Assembly (NCBI GenBank): GCA_963741715.1
Contig: CAVUJA010000003.1
Location: 167,854 to 231,853, forward strand
DNA: 64,000 nucleotides
Direction of reading: 5' to 3'
Source: an uncultured Acidobacteriota bacterium
GTDB taxonomy: Bacteria > Acidobacteriota > Vicinamibacteria > Vicinamibacterales > Fen-181
A program made the position numbers and the translations under genes. A model generated the notes under the pieces. It worked only from the letters and a program-made list of their open reading frames with translations. It was not told the origin of the DNA and did no database searches. Within the stretch, counting starts at the first letter, position 1; every line of letters begins with the position of its first letter. This document shows positions 19,856 to 29,748 of the stretch, one piece after another.

Positions 19856-20599
19856 CTACTTCGCCGTCGCCATCTTGAACCGCGCGTCGTCGATCGGGAC
19901 GTTGAGTTCGACCTTCTTGAAGGTCATCTTCTGGCGCTGCGGGCTGCCCTTCTGCCACGATTCCATGGCAAAGGCGATCATGAGGCCGTCCACGTCCCTG
20001 TAGTCGCCAATCGACGATTCGCTCTGCATCTCGGTGCCGCGAATCTTCACCGTGGCGTCCATCCGGACCTCGAGGAACCGCTCGGCGTCGATGTAGTCGT
20101 AGAGCGTGTCGCCGCTCTTCAAGGTGATCTTCAGCTTGTACGCGTCGCGGCCATCGACCTTCTCCTTGCCCATCAACTCGACCTTCGAGCCCTTGGCCTG
20201 GTAGTCGACGAGGGGGCCGTCGATGCTGTCCGCCTGCAGGTCGATCTGTTTCAGCGCGTCCTCCGGCAGCGGCTCGGGCTCCTTGCGCCCCTGCAGCGGG
20301 TTCGACTGCCAGGCCGTCTTGCCGTCGTACGCCTGGACGACCGTCATGCCCTGGACGGTGACTTCCATGCGCATCGAGTTCGGCCGCTTCAGTTCCATCG
20401 TGAACGGCACCTCCATGCCGGGCCCGATCGTCATCGTGCCGACGGTGCGGGTCGTCTTGATCGCCTTGATCTTCTCGAGCCCGCCCCTCGCCTGGACGTT
20501 CTTGGCGATGATCTCGTCCACCGTCTGGGCGGACGCGGGAACGGCCACCAGCATGGCCAGGGCGCCCAGGGCGATCCCGGCGAACATCTTGCGGAACAT
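19856..20599 (-). CDS. Secreted LolA-like / outer-membrane lipoprotein-sorting family protein
   Basis: AAGGAGG+ATG 20599; signal peptide; QTVDEIIAKNVQARGG, KRPNSMRME, DYRDVDG. Confidence 0.75.
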   Translation of the reverse strand: MFRKMFAGIALGALAMLVAVPASAQTVDEIIAKNVQARGGLEKIKAIKTTRTVGTMTIGPGMEVPFTMELKRPNSMRMEVTVQGMTVVQAYDGKTAWQSNPLQGRKEPEPLPEDALKQIDLQADSIDGPLVDYQAKGSKVELMGKEKVDGRDAYKLKITLKSGDTLYDYIDAERFLEVRMDATVKIRGTEMQSESSIGDYRDVDGLMIAFAMESWQKGSPQRQKMTFKKVELNVPIDDARFKMATAK

Positions 20600-20629
20600 C
20601 GAACGGCCTCCTTGATGAGTCGGGAAACC

Positions 20630-20702
20630 GGGGTCGGAGCGCATTCTGCTACGGACAATCCTGTAAGACAGAATTGTCGCAATCAGAATGCGCTCCGACC
20701 CC
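20630..20702. repeat. REP-like long hairpin (perfect 19-bp inverted repeat plus inner stem)
   Basis: ggggtcggagcgcattctg (20630-20648) / cagaatgcgctccgacccc (20684-20702); inner gacaatcctgt/acagaattgtc. Overlaps the 3' end of the reductase CDS. Confidence 0.85.
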
Positions 20703-21938
20703 ATTACAGGACGAAAGGGCCACGCGCGCAAGGCGGAACGCCACGCGGGGAAACTGCCGCAGCAGGCGGCGTCGCGCCCGGCGGTACGAAATCGTCCCCA
20801 TGGCGTAGGCGACGATCATCTCGGCCACCTCGCGAAAGTCGGAGGCACCGGCCACGACGCCGTCGATGCGCGCCGGCTCACGGAAGAGGTATTTCTGGAT
20901 CAGTACCGAGTCGCGGAGTTCGGGGCCGATCTCCTCGCGCCAGGCGCGACCGTATCGTGCCGCCGCCGTCGTGCCGCGGCGCGGGTCGTCGAACGCCGCG
21001 TCCTCGAGGATGGCCCGGCCGGCCAGTTCCCCGGACACCATCGCGTAGTAAATGCCTTCCGCGGTGTAGGCGTTCACGAAGCCCGCCGCATCACCCACCA
21101 CGAGGACGCGCCCGCGGGCGGTCCGTCGGATCGGCCCCCCCACGGGGATGTGACACGGCGTGAAGTCGCAGCGGCTCGACGCGCCTTCGACAACGCCCCG
21201 CCGCCGAAGGTCGTCCACGAACCGCTGCTGCATCTCGTAAGGCCGCGGGCCGACGGCCTCCCGGAAGCACTCGAGCAGGCAGCCGATCCCCACGTTGACG
21301 TGGTGGCGCTTGGGAAAGATGTAGCCGTAGCCGCGGGTGCCGCCGGCCCCGTACGACACCCACAGCGTGTCCGGCTCCAGCGTCCGGAGCCGCTCCTGGG
21401 GCGTCTCCTCCATCATGTCGAGCGCGAGGCCCGCCCCGTCCCATCCCGCGTGCATGCCGAGCCGACGCGTCATCACTCCGTTCACGCCGTCCGCCGCCAC
21501 GAGGTAGGGCGCCTCGAACGCCCGGCCGTCCCGCGTCGTCACCCGCGCGCCGTCGCCGTCCGCCAGCGCCTGCGACACCCACGCGTCCTCGACCAACTCC
21601 GCGCCGGCCTCCACGGCGAGATCCGCGAGCAAGGCGTCGAACTCGATTCGCCGGACCAGGACGACGGCTGGCGCCGGCGACGTCAACGTGACGCCCTGTC
21701 CCGAGGGCCCTTCGAGGTAGAGCTTCGAGACCCAGTGGGTCGAGATTCGCCCAAGTGCGGCTTCCAGGTAGGAGAACCGGCGGAGCGCACGCGTGGTGAT
21801 TCCGCCCCCGCACGGCTTGTTGCGCGGGAAACGCGCGCGCTCCAGCAGCCGCACCCGCGCCCCGCCAAGCGCGAGCGCCCGCGCGGCGGTGGCGCCGGCC
21901 GGCCCCGCCCCCACGACGAGAACATCGGCGTCGGTCAT
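20649..21938 (-). CDS. Geranylgeranyl reductase family FAD-dependent oxidoreductase
   Basis: VVGAGPAGA, FPRNKPCGGG, AADGVNG, GYGYIFPK, VGDAAGFVN..TAEGI. Confidence 0.88.
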   Translation of the reverse strand: MTDADVLVVGAGPAGATAARALALGGARVRLLERARFPRNKPCGGGITTRALRRFSYLEAALGRISTHWVSKLYLEGPSGQGVTLTSPAPAVVLVRRIEFDALLADLAVEAGAELVEDAWVSQALADGDGARVTTRDGRAFEAPYLVAADGVNGVMTRRLGMHAGWDGAGLALDMMEETPQERLRTLEPDTLWVSYGAGGTRGYGYIFPKRHHVNVGIGCLLECFREAVGPRPYEMQQRFVDDLRRRGVVEGASSRCDFTPCHIPVGGPIRRTARGRVLVVGDAAGFVNAYTAEGIYYAMVSGELAGRAILEDAAFDDPRRGTTAAARYGRAWREEIGPELRDSVLIQKYLFREPARIDGVVAGASDFREVAEMIVAYAMGTISYRRARRRLLRQFPRVAFRLARVALSSCNGVGAHSDCDNSVLQDCP

Positions 21939-21954
21939 CACTACCGTGGCGACA

Positions 21955-24642
21955 CTACTTCGCCCTGCCAAGACTGATCAGGTTGGCGAGCAACTGGTAG
22001 GCGCCGTCGGTGCCGGCCGGCAGCTGCCGCCACAGCCCGAGCGCCACGTAGACCCAGTGTCCCTTGCCCACCGTCGCTTCGACGAGCGCGCCGCGCTTCA
22101 CGCCGGCGTTCGCCGGGAAGGGGTCCTGCATCTGGACGAGGTCCGTGTAGTGCGGGTCGTCCGTCCCGAGGAAGTAGGTGCCGCGCTCCTGCACCCAGCC
22201 CTTCCACGCGGCGTCACCTATCCTGTTGGGGAAGGTGAAGATCGGGTTCGCCGGCTGCAGCACGTCCACCGGCGCCGTTTCATCGGTGACGCGGTTGTTC
22301 GTGATCTTCGCGGGGTAGGGGCCGTACTGCGCCTCGTTGAATCCGGTCCGGTTGTACTGGAGGATCAGCGTCCCGCCCTTTGCCACGTAGTCGAGCAGCC
22401 TCTGATTGCTGGCCTTCAGGTCGGCGCGCTTGTCGTAGGCCCGGACGCCCGTCACGATCGCGTCGTACTGCGCGAGGTTGCCCCAGGCGAGCGCGTCGGC
22501 ATCGAGCAGGTCGACCTGCGCGCCGAGCTGCGCAATGGCCGACGGCACGTCGTCGCCGACGCCCATCACGTAGCCGACCTTCAGCTTCGGGGCGACCTTC
22601 ACGTCGATCAGCTTGACCCTCGTCTCGGCCGGGACGATGCGGTGGCGCCGGTGGATGTGCGGGTATTCGATGACCTCGTAGCCCTGGCTGAACGACTCGC
22701 CGCCGGCCTTCACCACCGCCTTCACGTCGTACTCGCCCGGCTTCGCCCCGGGCGCGGGCGTCACGCGGAATCGGACGGTCTCCGCGCCGTCTTCGCCCGC
22801 GAACGCCATCGGCGCCGTCGCCGGCGACACCTTCCACCCGGCGGGCACCTCGAGCGACGCCACTGCCTGCGCCGGCCCCTTGACGGCGCTCGTGACCGTC
22901 ACGCGCAACTCGCGGTCCGGCACCGGCGGAGCGCCCTTCGCCGCGCCGGCGTCCGCCGCCGCGCCCGACGACCGCGCCGCCAGCGGCACGATGGCGATTT
23001 CCGGCGTTTCCCTCACCGAGAAGCGAGGCACGACCAGCAGTTCCATCCGCTTCTCGCCGCTGAAGATGTTGCCCGCGTATCGATACTCGACCGGCTGGTC
23101 GACCGTCACGTCGGTCCCGCCGCTGTCGAGGACGATCGTCGCCCTGAACGGCGTGGGGCGGAAGGGAAGACCGAACGGCGCATCGGCGTCGAACTCGTAG
23201 CGCTCCGCATCGGGCAGCGGGTGCCAGTAAGGCGTGCTCAGCCTCGCGCCAGCGGGGATCCTGAGGCTCGCGTCGCACCGCGGCATCACGGCGCCAGGCT
23301 TCACGACGGCGGACGGGCACGAGGCGGTCCCGTCGAATCCCGACAGGGAGATGGATTTCACCGAGAGGTCCGAGGCCCCGCGATTCGCGACGATCGTCTG
23401 CACGCGAATCGGCTGGCTGCCAAACACCACCCCGTCGTCCGCGAGGACGTCGATGCGCACCGCCTGCGCCAGCACGGCCGCTTTCTGGAACTGGTCCTCC
23501 TTCGTCTTCAGGCGATAGTCGATTTCGTACCGCGCCGTGTCGTCCAGCGGAAGCGACGGAAGCTGCGCGCGCAGCGCCCTGACGGCCGCAAGGCCGGCCA
23601 GGATCGGGTCCCGCGCGGCGGCAGGGCCGTGGGCGTTGAACGCGTCACGCGCCCGGTCCACCTGCACGCTGATGGCGGCGAGGCCCGCGACGAGCGCGTC
23701 GGGCGGGGGCGCCTTCGCGAACTGCGCGAGGCTGCCGATGCTCGTATCGACGCCGTCGAACATCGTCGTCTCCGAACGGCTGACGCCGCCGGGCAGTGTG
23801 GTGTCGCCGAGCCGGTAGGTGGAGGAACTCGGCGACCCGGGCAGGAAGAGCAGCTGGGCCATGCCCTGGCACTTGTGGTTGCTCCTGGCTTCGAGGCCGA
23901 TCTCCGCGAAGGTCTGGCCGAGCAGCGGGTCGTAGACGTCGGTCCTGACCATGACCTGGCCGGGCGGCGGCGACGCGTTGTCGGCCACCATGAAGGATTC
24001 CTGGTAGTAGAGCTTGCGAGCCTGCCATGGGCGCAGGCCCTCCCTGATCTGGTCGGGGAACGCCGCCGGGTCGGCGGCGAGGCGGAATGCGTCGCCGGTG
24101 ATGCGCGCCTGCGCCTGGTGGTGCGCCCCGCCCATTTCGCCCTCGGGCCGCATCGTCACGATGACGTCCGGCCGGATCGTCCGGATCATCCGCACGTAGT
24201 CCGAGAGGATCTCCTGGCGACCCCACTTCCTGTACGTCTCGTCCACGCTGAAGGAGTAGCCGAAGTCGATCGCGCGGGCGAAGTACTGCTCGGTGCCGTC
24301 GAAGCGGTGCACCGAGGCGAGTTCCTCGGTGCGGAGGACGGCGAGCGACTCGCCCAACTCCGGGCCGATCTCGTTCTGGCCCCCGGTGCCGCGCGTGGCG
24401 GTCAGCAGTGTCGTGCGGATACCCTGGCCTCGGGTCAGCATTGCCAGCAGCGCGCTGTTCTCGTCGTCCGGGTGGGCCGTCGTCTGCATGAAGATGCCGA
24501 CGTTGCCCAACTCGCGGAGGGCGAGGCCCACGCCCACCTCGCCGCCGAGGCCGGCAAGGCCGCGCGGCTGCGCCTTCATCGGCGAGCCCAGCGCAACGAG
24601 AGAGAGGAGGAGCACCAGGGGGAGGAGGCGGTCGAGTCTCAT
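21955..24642 (-). CDS. Secreted PIG-L (LmbE-like) deacetylase with NEW3/GATase-like C-terminal domains
   Basis: AHPDDE, TRGTGGQNEIG, RTEEL, DFGYS, HHQA; signal peptide. Confidence 0.88.
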   Translation of the reverse strand: MRLDRLLPLVLLLSLVALGSPMKAQPRGLAGLGGEVGVGLALRELGNVGIFMQTTAHPDDENSALLAMLTRGQGIRTTLLTATRGTGGQNEIGPELGESLAVLRTEELASVHRFDGTEQYFARAIDFGYSFSVDETYRKWGRQEILSDYVRMIRTIRPDVIVTMRPEGEMGGAHHQAQARITGDAFRLAADPAAFPDQIREGLRPWQARKLYYQESFMVADNASPPPGQVMVRTDVYDPLLGQTFAEIGLEARSNHKCQGMAQLLFLPGSPSSSTYRLGDTTLPGGVSRSETTMFDGVDTSIGSLAQFAKAPPPDALVAGLAAISVQVDRARDAFNAHGPAAARDPILAGLAAVRALRAQLPSLPLDDTARYEIDYRLKTKEDQFQKAAVLAQAVRIDVLADDGVVFGSQPIRVQTIVANRGASDLSVKSISLSGFDGTASCPSAVVKPGAVMPRCDASLRIPAGARLSTPYWHPLPDAERYEFDADAPFGLPFRPTPFRATIVLDSGGTDVTVDQPVEYRYAGNIFSGEKRMELLVVPRFSVRETPEIAIVPLAARSSGAAADAGAAKGAPPVPDRELRVTVTSAVKGPAQAVASLEVPAGWKVSPATAPMAFAGEDGAETVRFRVTPAPGAKPGEYDVKAVVKAGGESFSQGYEVIEYPHIHRRHRIVPAETRVKLIDVKVAPKLKVGYVMGVGDDVPSAIAQLGAQVDLLDADALAWGNLAQYDAIVTGVRAYDKRADLKASNQRLLDYVAKGGTLILQYNRTGFNEAQYGPYPAKITNNRVTDETAPVDVLQPANPIFTFPNRIGDAAWKGWVQERGTYFLGTDDPHYTDLVQMQDPFPANAGVKRGALVEATVGKGHWVYVALGLWRQLPAGTDGAYQLLANLISLGRAK

Positions 24643-24673
24643 AGTCGTCTCGAGTGGCAGGCGGCAGACGCGC

Positions 24674-25660
24674 CTACCGTCCGTTTCGTCGTATTGCCAT
24701 CACCGTGATGTCGTCGGTCCGCCGCGCGGCCTTGCGGAACGCGGCGACGTCCGCCACGCACGCATCGACGATGACCTGCGGGTCTTCGCGGGCCGCGCGT
24801 CGGACGAGCTGCTCCAGGCGGTCCTTGCCGTATTCCTCGTCGGCGAGGTTTCGCGCCTCGGTGACGCCGTCGGTATAGAGCACGAGGACGTCGCCCGGGG
24901 CCATCGTGAAGGTCCTGACCCCGTAGTCCTTCACGCAGAACAACCCGACGGGCACGCCGGTGGCTTCGATCGCCGCGACCTGGCCGCCGCCGACGTGAAG
25001 CGGCGGGCAGTGGCCGGCATTGCAGATCTCCACCGTTCCCGTGTCGGAGAAGCGGGCGGCCACCAGCGTCGCGTAGTGGTTGGCCATCGTGCTTTCGCAG
25101 AACACGCGGTTGGCGCGCTGGATCAGCTGCGGCAGCGGGAGGCCGAATCCCAGCAGCGTGCGCAGGCTGGCGTGCAGGTGCGCCATCAGCATCGAGGCGG
25201 CCACGCCCTTTCCCGAGATGTCGCCGAGCATGACGACGAGGCCTTCGCCCGAATCGGCCGCACGGACGGCGTCGCAGTAGTCGCCGCTGACGAGGCCGAG
25301 CGGCTGATACTGGTAGGCGAGTTCCCAGCCGCAGTCCACCATCAGCGACGGCGGCAGCAGCGTCTGCTGAACGCGGCCCGCGAGATCCAGGTCCTGCTCC
25401 AGGGCGCGGGCTTCGGTGGCCGTCAAGTGGTCGATGCAGAAGCGGACGAGCGGGTCGGCGACCAGGCGGTCCGACTCGATTGGGTCCCCGCACGTCTCGC
25501 AGATGCCGTAGGTGCCGTTCGACACGCGCTCCAGCGCGCGATCGACTTCCCGCAGCAACCCCTCCAGCTGCACACCGTCGCCGCCGCGGCGCATCACGTC
25601 TTCGAGTCGGTCGCGGCGCAGCAGCAGCTGTGCCTGGACCTCGGTTGCAGGCGTCGCCAT
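24674..25660 (-). CDS. SpoIIE/PP2C phosphatase with N-terminal DksA/TraR-type zinc finger
   Basis: GTYGICETCGDPIESDRL...FCIDH, then SGDYCD, GDISGKG, NAGHCPP, YTDGVTEA, DDIT. Confidence 0.85.
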   Translation of the reverse strand: MATPATEVQAQLLLRRDRLEDVMRRGGDGVQLEGLLREVDRALERVSNGTYGICETCGDPIESDRLVADPLVRFCIDHLTATEARALEQDLDLAGRVQQTLLPPSLMVDCGWELAYQYQPLGLVSGDYCDAVRAADSGEGLVVMLGDISGKGVAASMLMAHLHASLRTLLGFGLPLPQLIQRANRVFCESTMANHYATLVAARFSDTGTVEICNAGHCPPLHVGGGQVAAIEATGVPVGLFCVKDYGVRTFTMAPGDVLVLYTDGVTEARNLADEEYGKDRLEQLVRRAAREDPQVIVDACVADVAAFRKAARRTDDITVMAIRRNGR

Positions 25661-25691
25661 GAGCTGAAACCTCCGGGCCAGTTCCTCTATT

Positions 25692-26789
25692 CTACGCCGA
25701 GCTCTCGGAGCGGCCGGACGGCCGTCTGGCGGATGAGCTGGCGGCCAGATCGCGCTCGATCTGCTGCAGCCGCTCCTTGCGGGAGGTTCCCCAGTGGTAA
25801 CCGCCGGCGCCGCCGCTCTTGGCCACGACGCGATGGCAGGGAATGACCAGCGCGGCATGGTTGGACGCACAGGCGCGGGCCACGGCCCGCGCGGAACGGG
25901 GCTGTCCGATGACGCGCGCGACCTCGCCGTACGATTGCGTGGTGCCCAGCGGAATCCGGCCGAGCGCGGCCCAGACCCGGCGCTGAAACGCCGTGCCCTG
26001 GACGTCGAGCGGGAGGTCGGCCGGCGGCCGGCGGCCCGCGGCGAACTCGACGAGCGCCGTCACCGCGGGCGAAAGCCTGCCCAGGTCGCGCGTGATCGTC
26101 GCGTTGGGATACTCCCGCCGCAGGTCTTCTTCGAGCGGGCGCGGCCCGTCGCCCATCTTGATGCTGCAGATGCCGCGCTCGGTGGCCCCGACGAGCAGGT
26201 GGCCGAGCGCCGATCGAACGACGACGTAGTGGATGTGCATGCCTCGTCCTCCGCGGCGGTAGACGTCGGGTGTCATGCCGAGTTCCGAGTCGGTGCGTTC
26301 GTAGAGCCGGCTGCTGGACCCATATCCGGCTTCGTAGAGCGCGGTGGTCACGGGTTGGTTCTGCTTGAGCAGCGCCTTCAGCCGGCCGGCGCGGAGCGCC
26401 TCGGCGTACTGCTTCGGCGTGATGCCGAGCGCGGCCTTGAACGCGCGGTGCAGTCGCGCCGCGCTCACGCGCAGGCGTGCGGCGAGCGCGCCCAGCGAGA
26501 GCGGCCGGTCCGCCCCGGGCTGGGCGAGGAGCCGGCAGGCGCGTTCGACGAGCGCGGTGGCCGGCAGGTTTTCGGGTTGCGGCCGGCCGCCGCAGCGCGC
26601 GCACGCGCGGAAGCCGGCCCGCTCGGCGTCTGCGGGCCCGACGAAGAACCGAACGTGGCGGCGAAGCGGCCGCCGGCTCGAGCAGGAAGGACGGCAGTAG
26701 ATCCCGGTGGACTGGACGCCATAGACGAACATGCCGTCCGACGCAGAATCGCGGTCGAGCACGCGCCGCCACATGGTGTCACTGGTCAC
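25692..26789 (-). CDS. ada: Bifunctional Ada transcriptional activator / O6-methylguanine-DNA methyltransferase
   Basis: TGIYCRPSC, GFRACARC, AraC HTH, GTAFQRRVW, IPCHRVV. Start is approximate (GTG 26789 or ATG 26774). Confidence 0.92.
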   Translation of the reverse strand: MTSDTMWRRVLDRDSASDGMFVYGVQSTGIYCRPSCSSRRPLRRHVRFFVGPADAERAGFRACARCGGRPQPENLPATALVERACRLLAQPGADRPLSLGALAARLRVSAARLHRAFKAALGITPKQYAEALRAGRLKALLKQNQPVTTALYEAGYGSSSRLYERTDSELGMTPDVYRRGGRGMHIHYVVVRSALGHLLVGATERGICSIKMGDGPRPLEEDLRREYPNATITRDLGRLSPAVTALVEFAAGRRPPADLPLDVQGTAFQRRVWAALGRIPLGTTQSYGEVARVIGQPRSARAVARACASNHAALVIPCHRVVAKSGGAGGYHWGTSRKERLQQIERDLAASSSARRPSGRSESSA

Positions 26790-26924
26790 GAACCCATTCT
26801 GGCCTGCCGGCCCCTGGTGGTCTATCCGGATCTTGCCGGCAATTCGTCGGCTCGGCTCGAACCACAGAGTGGGCAGAACACAGAGGCGCCCAGTGATGGC
26901 CAAGAGGCGCGCGGCAGACGACGG

Positions 26925-27338
26925 CTACTTCGTCCGCATTGCTGTCACCTGCTGTGCGGCGGGCTGCGCCGCCGCGCCCGGCGGTGAAGCACCGGTGACC
27001 GAGAACGCGATCTCGTCGCCGGACGGGGACATCGTTCCTTTGTACGTGGTCTTCACCGGCCGGTCGGTGCCCGTCCAGACGTAGAACGAGATGGTCTCGC
27101 CATCCACCTTCCCGCCCCAGACCTCGTCGTTCACCGGCGAGTTGGTCCCCGCGTCGATCCGCACCGAAATCGTCCCGGTGACGACGTCGCCCGCCTGAGT
27201 CAAGGTCAGGACGGTTGGCTCGCGACGGCCCCCGCCTCGGCCCGATGGGCCCTGGATGGCCCACTTTCCCGAGAAGTTGGCGGCCGATGCCGGGATGGCG
27301 GCGGCGAGAAGCAGGACACCGCACACGATTGTTCTCAT
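26925..27338 (-). CDS. Small secreted hypothetical beta-rich protein
   Basis: AGGAGG RBS; signal peptide ending ASA-A; NFSGKW. Confidence 0.7.
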   Translation of the reverse strand: MRTIVCGVLLLAAAIPASAANFSGKWAIQGPSGRGGGRREPTVLTLTQAGDVVTGTISVRIDAGTNSPVNDEVWGGKVDGETISFYVWTGTDRPVKTTYKGTMSPSGDEIAFSVTGASPPGAAAQPAAQQVTAMRTK

Positions 27339-27356
27339 GTCTCGACCTCCTGGCGC

Positions 27357-28787
27357 CTACTTTGCCCGCACCGTCAGGATGACCCGCGCGTAGCGCGTGA
27401 TCGGCGGCTTTCCCGAATCCGTGACTTCGGCGATGAAATGGATCGTCTCGCCCGGCTTTGCGTCGGCCGGTACCTGGGCGTAGGCCACCGCCTTGTCCGC
27501 GTCGCGAATCGCGGCCTCGCCCCGGTAGGTGCCGGGCTCCCGGTACTGCCACCAGTTGAATCCCAGCTTGTCGCCATCGGGGTCGGTGGACCCGGCCACG
27601 CTCAGCGTGACGGTGGCGCCGGGGGCGGCTTCCACGTCCTTGGCCACGGCGAGGTTCACGATGGGCGCGTGGTTCGCCTCGCGGTAGGGCTTCACGCACC
27701 AGTCCGCCCGCGCGGCCCAGTCGTTCTGGAACGCGTCGGCCCATCTCCAGATCGGCTTGAACATGTCGCCGTCGTCCCCGACGTTCGTCCAAACGTTCGT
27801 CTTGCCCGGCTTCTCCTCGACGAACCGGCCGCCCCAGCCGCCGTAGCTCGGCTTCTCCGTGCTTCGCAGGCCGACGTCGATCTGGTGCATGTACGAGGGC
27901 GAATCGCCCTCGGAGCGAAAGGCCCCGTTGTTGGGCACGTATGCCGCGGCGAGAGGGCCGCGGTCCACGGTGATGTTGCCCTCCAGCCAGGGCCGCTCGA
28001 AGAAGATCCTCATCGCGGGCGGCATCCCCGTCGCCCAGCTGTAGGCCATCACGCCGAACTGGCGGAAGCTGCCGAGGACCTGCAGCTTCGGCCAATTCGG
28101 TTCGATGTACTTCCGGAACGTCTCGTCCTGGTCGAGGATGATGTAGACGACGGCCTTCTGGCTGACCCGCTCGACCTCCGACGGATGGTTCTTCTGGATG
28201 GTCGAGAGCGCCTTGGCGATGGTGTTCGTGCCGCCCCAGGCCTGGAGGTAGACCGGGCCGGGCTGATCGTCCAACAGGACCTGCACGATGCGGTCGGCGC
28301 CGGGCGAGTCCTGTTCCATTTCCCCGACGTTGGTGATGTTGCCGACATAGACCTTCCGCTTCAGGTCGGCCGGAGCCGGGTACCCGTCGGCATTCTGCCG
28401 GAGGTGATCGTAGACTCTCGCGTACTGATCGACCTGGTTGTTGATCCACTCGACGCCCGACCATGTCTGGCCGAGCCAATGAAACCTCGAACTGCTGTGG
28501 ATCAACCCTTCCACCTGGAACTCGTTCGCGTACATCAGGAAGCGGACCATGGAGCAGAAGTCGTCGATCTCTCCGTCCGTCGTGACGATGACGCGCGGCT
28601 TGGCCGCGGCTGCCGGATAGCGGGGCCCTTGCGGGGCGCCCTGGGGGGTCGGCGCCGGAACCTGTGCCCGGGGGTGTGCACCGAGCGCCAGGACCAATAC
28701 GGCGATTCCCGCCAGGCCGAGGCTCGAGCATGCCAGCGCGGACCGTGTCTTCCCGGCGCCCGCCGGCGTTCTTCGATGATGGCTCAT
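27357..28787 (-). CDS. DUF1593 nucleoside-hydrolase-like secreted protein
   Basis: KPRVIVTTDGEIDD, QAWGGTNT, EGDSPSY, PSYGGWGGRF, FQNDWAARADW, NHAP, DPDGD. Confidence 0.85.
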   Translation of the reverse strand: MSHHRRTPAGAGKTRSALACSSLGLAGIAVLVLALGAHPRAQVPAPTPQGAPQGPRYPAAAAKPRVIVTTDGEIDDFCSMVRFLMYANEFQVEGLIHSSSRFHWLGQTWSGVEWINNQVDQYARVYDHLRQNADGYPAPADLKRKVYVGNITNVGEMEQDSPGADRIVQVLLDDQPGPVYLQAWGGTNTIAKALSTIQKNHPSEVERVSQKAVVYIILDQDETFRKYIEPNWPKLQVLGSFRQFGVMAYSWATGMPPAMRIFFERPWLEGNITVDRGPLAAAYVPNNGAFRSEGDSPSYMHQIDVGLRSTEKPSYGGWGGRFVEEKPGKTNVWTNVGDDGDMFKPIWRWADAFQNDWAARADWCVKPYREANHAPIVNLAVAKDVEAAPGATVTLSVAGSTDPDGDKLGFNWWQYREPGTYRGEAAIRDADKAVAYAQVPADAKPGETIHFIAEVTDSGKPPITRYARVILTVRAK

Positions 28788-28857
28788 GCGGAGAACGATA
28801 CCCCAGAATCCGGGCCGCGGCGATCAGTGACGAACCGCGGTGGTCGAGAGCCCGACC

Positions 28858-29679
28858 CTACTTGATGTCGGGGCAGAAGCCCTGGTCGAACCCCCGGGCG
28901 TTCTGGCGCCGCGCAAGCGGGTCTGCCGGCAGCGGGGCGGGCAGCACGCCAAGCTGCACGAGTTGCCGGCGGTACTCGTAGCGAACGTCGATCGACGCCG
29001 CCGGACGCTCTTCGAGGTCGAGGTGCACCATGGCAACCGGGTGGTCGGTCCGTTCGCCGATGCCGGTGGCCGCGAACTCCTCCTGGTTGGCCAAGGCCGA
29101 CTCGGCCTTCGCCACACCGCCCGCCGCTCGCTGCTCCGCCGGGGCCGGCGCGTCCCGTGCCGCGTCGCGGCGCCCCGCGCCGCCCGCCTGGCCGAGCGCC
29201 AGGGCCGAGACGAGGGGCCCGCGTTCGCGGAAGAACACCGCGCTGATCACGCCGATGTTCTCGGGCTGCCCGAGCCGCCCGGCGTAGGACCGCTCCTCGC
29301 TCGTGAAGAAGAACCGGCGGGCCTGGGCCATCGACGTCTGCCATCCCGAGATGGTGATGGTCTGGTGCGGATCGATCACCCACTTCCGGCCCGCCGCGGC
29401 GGTGGTGCGCCGCGCGTCGATGGTGTTCAGGCCGTCGACCGAGAGCGCGACCGCGACGCGCACGTCGAAGGGGTTGTGGAGGCGGATGGCGTAGGCCTTC
29501 CCTTTCACCGCCTCGACGTAGCGCGCGTCGGGCGTGCGATACTCGGCCGCCACCCGGCCATCGACGAGGACTTCGAGACGGCACGCCGACACCGGACCGG
29601 CCGCACGGAGACCGGACGGCGCCGCGGATGCCAGGGCCAGCACGGACAGGACAGCGGACGCTCGATGGATTCGAATCAT
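28858..29679 (-). CDS. Secreted hypothetical protein
   Basis: GAGGAGG RBS; signal peptide; YAIRLHNP, SVDGLNTID, NIGVISAVFFRE, AATGIG. Confidence 0.7.
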   Translation of the reverse strand: MIRIHRASAVLSVLALASAAPSGLRAAGPVSACRLEVLVDGRVAAEYRTPDARYVEAVKGKAYAIRLHNPFDVRVAVALSVDGLNTIDARRTTAAAGRKWVIDPHQTITISGWQTSMAQARRFFFTSEERSYAGRLGQPENIGVISAVFFRERGPLVSALALGQAGGAGRRDAARDAPAPAEQRAAGGVAKAESALANQEEFAATGIGERTDHPVAMVHLDLEERPAASIDVRYEYRRQLVQLGVLPAPLPADPLARRQNARGFDQGFCPDIK

Positions 29680-29748
29680 GGACGACCTCCTCTTGTCCTC
29701 AGAACGAGGAGGCCGCCGAATCTTGCATCCACCGAGTCTGGCGCAGCC

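Noticed and set aside
20649-21938. Archaeal-type or ether lipid biosynthesis, suggested by the geranylgeranyl reductase
   Set aside because: The family is broad and there are no supporting lipid genes nearby.
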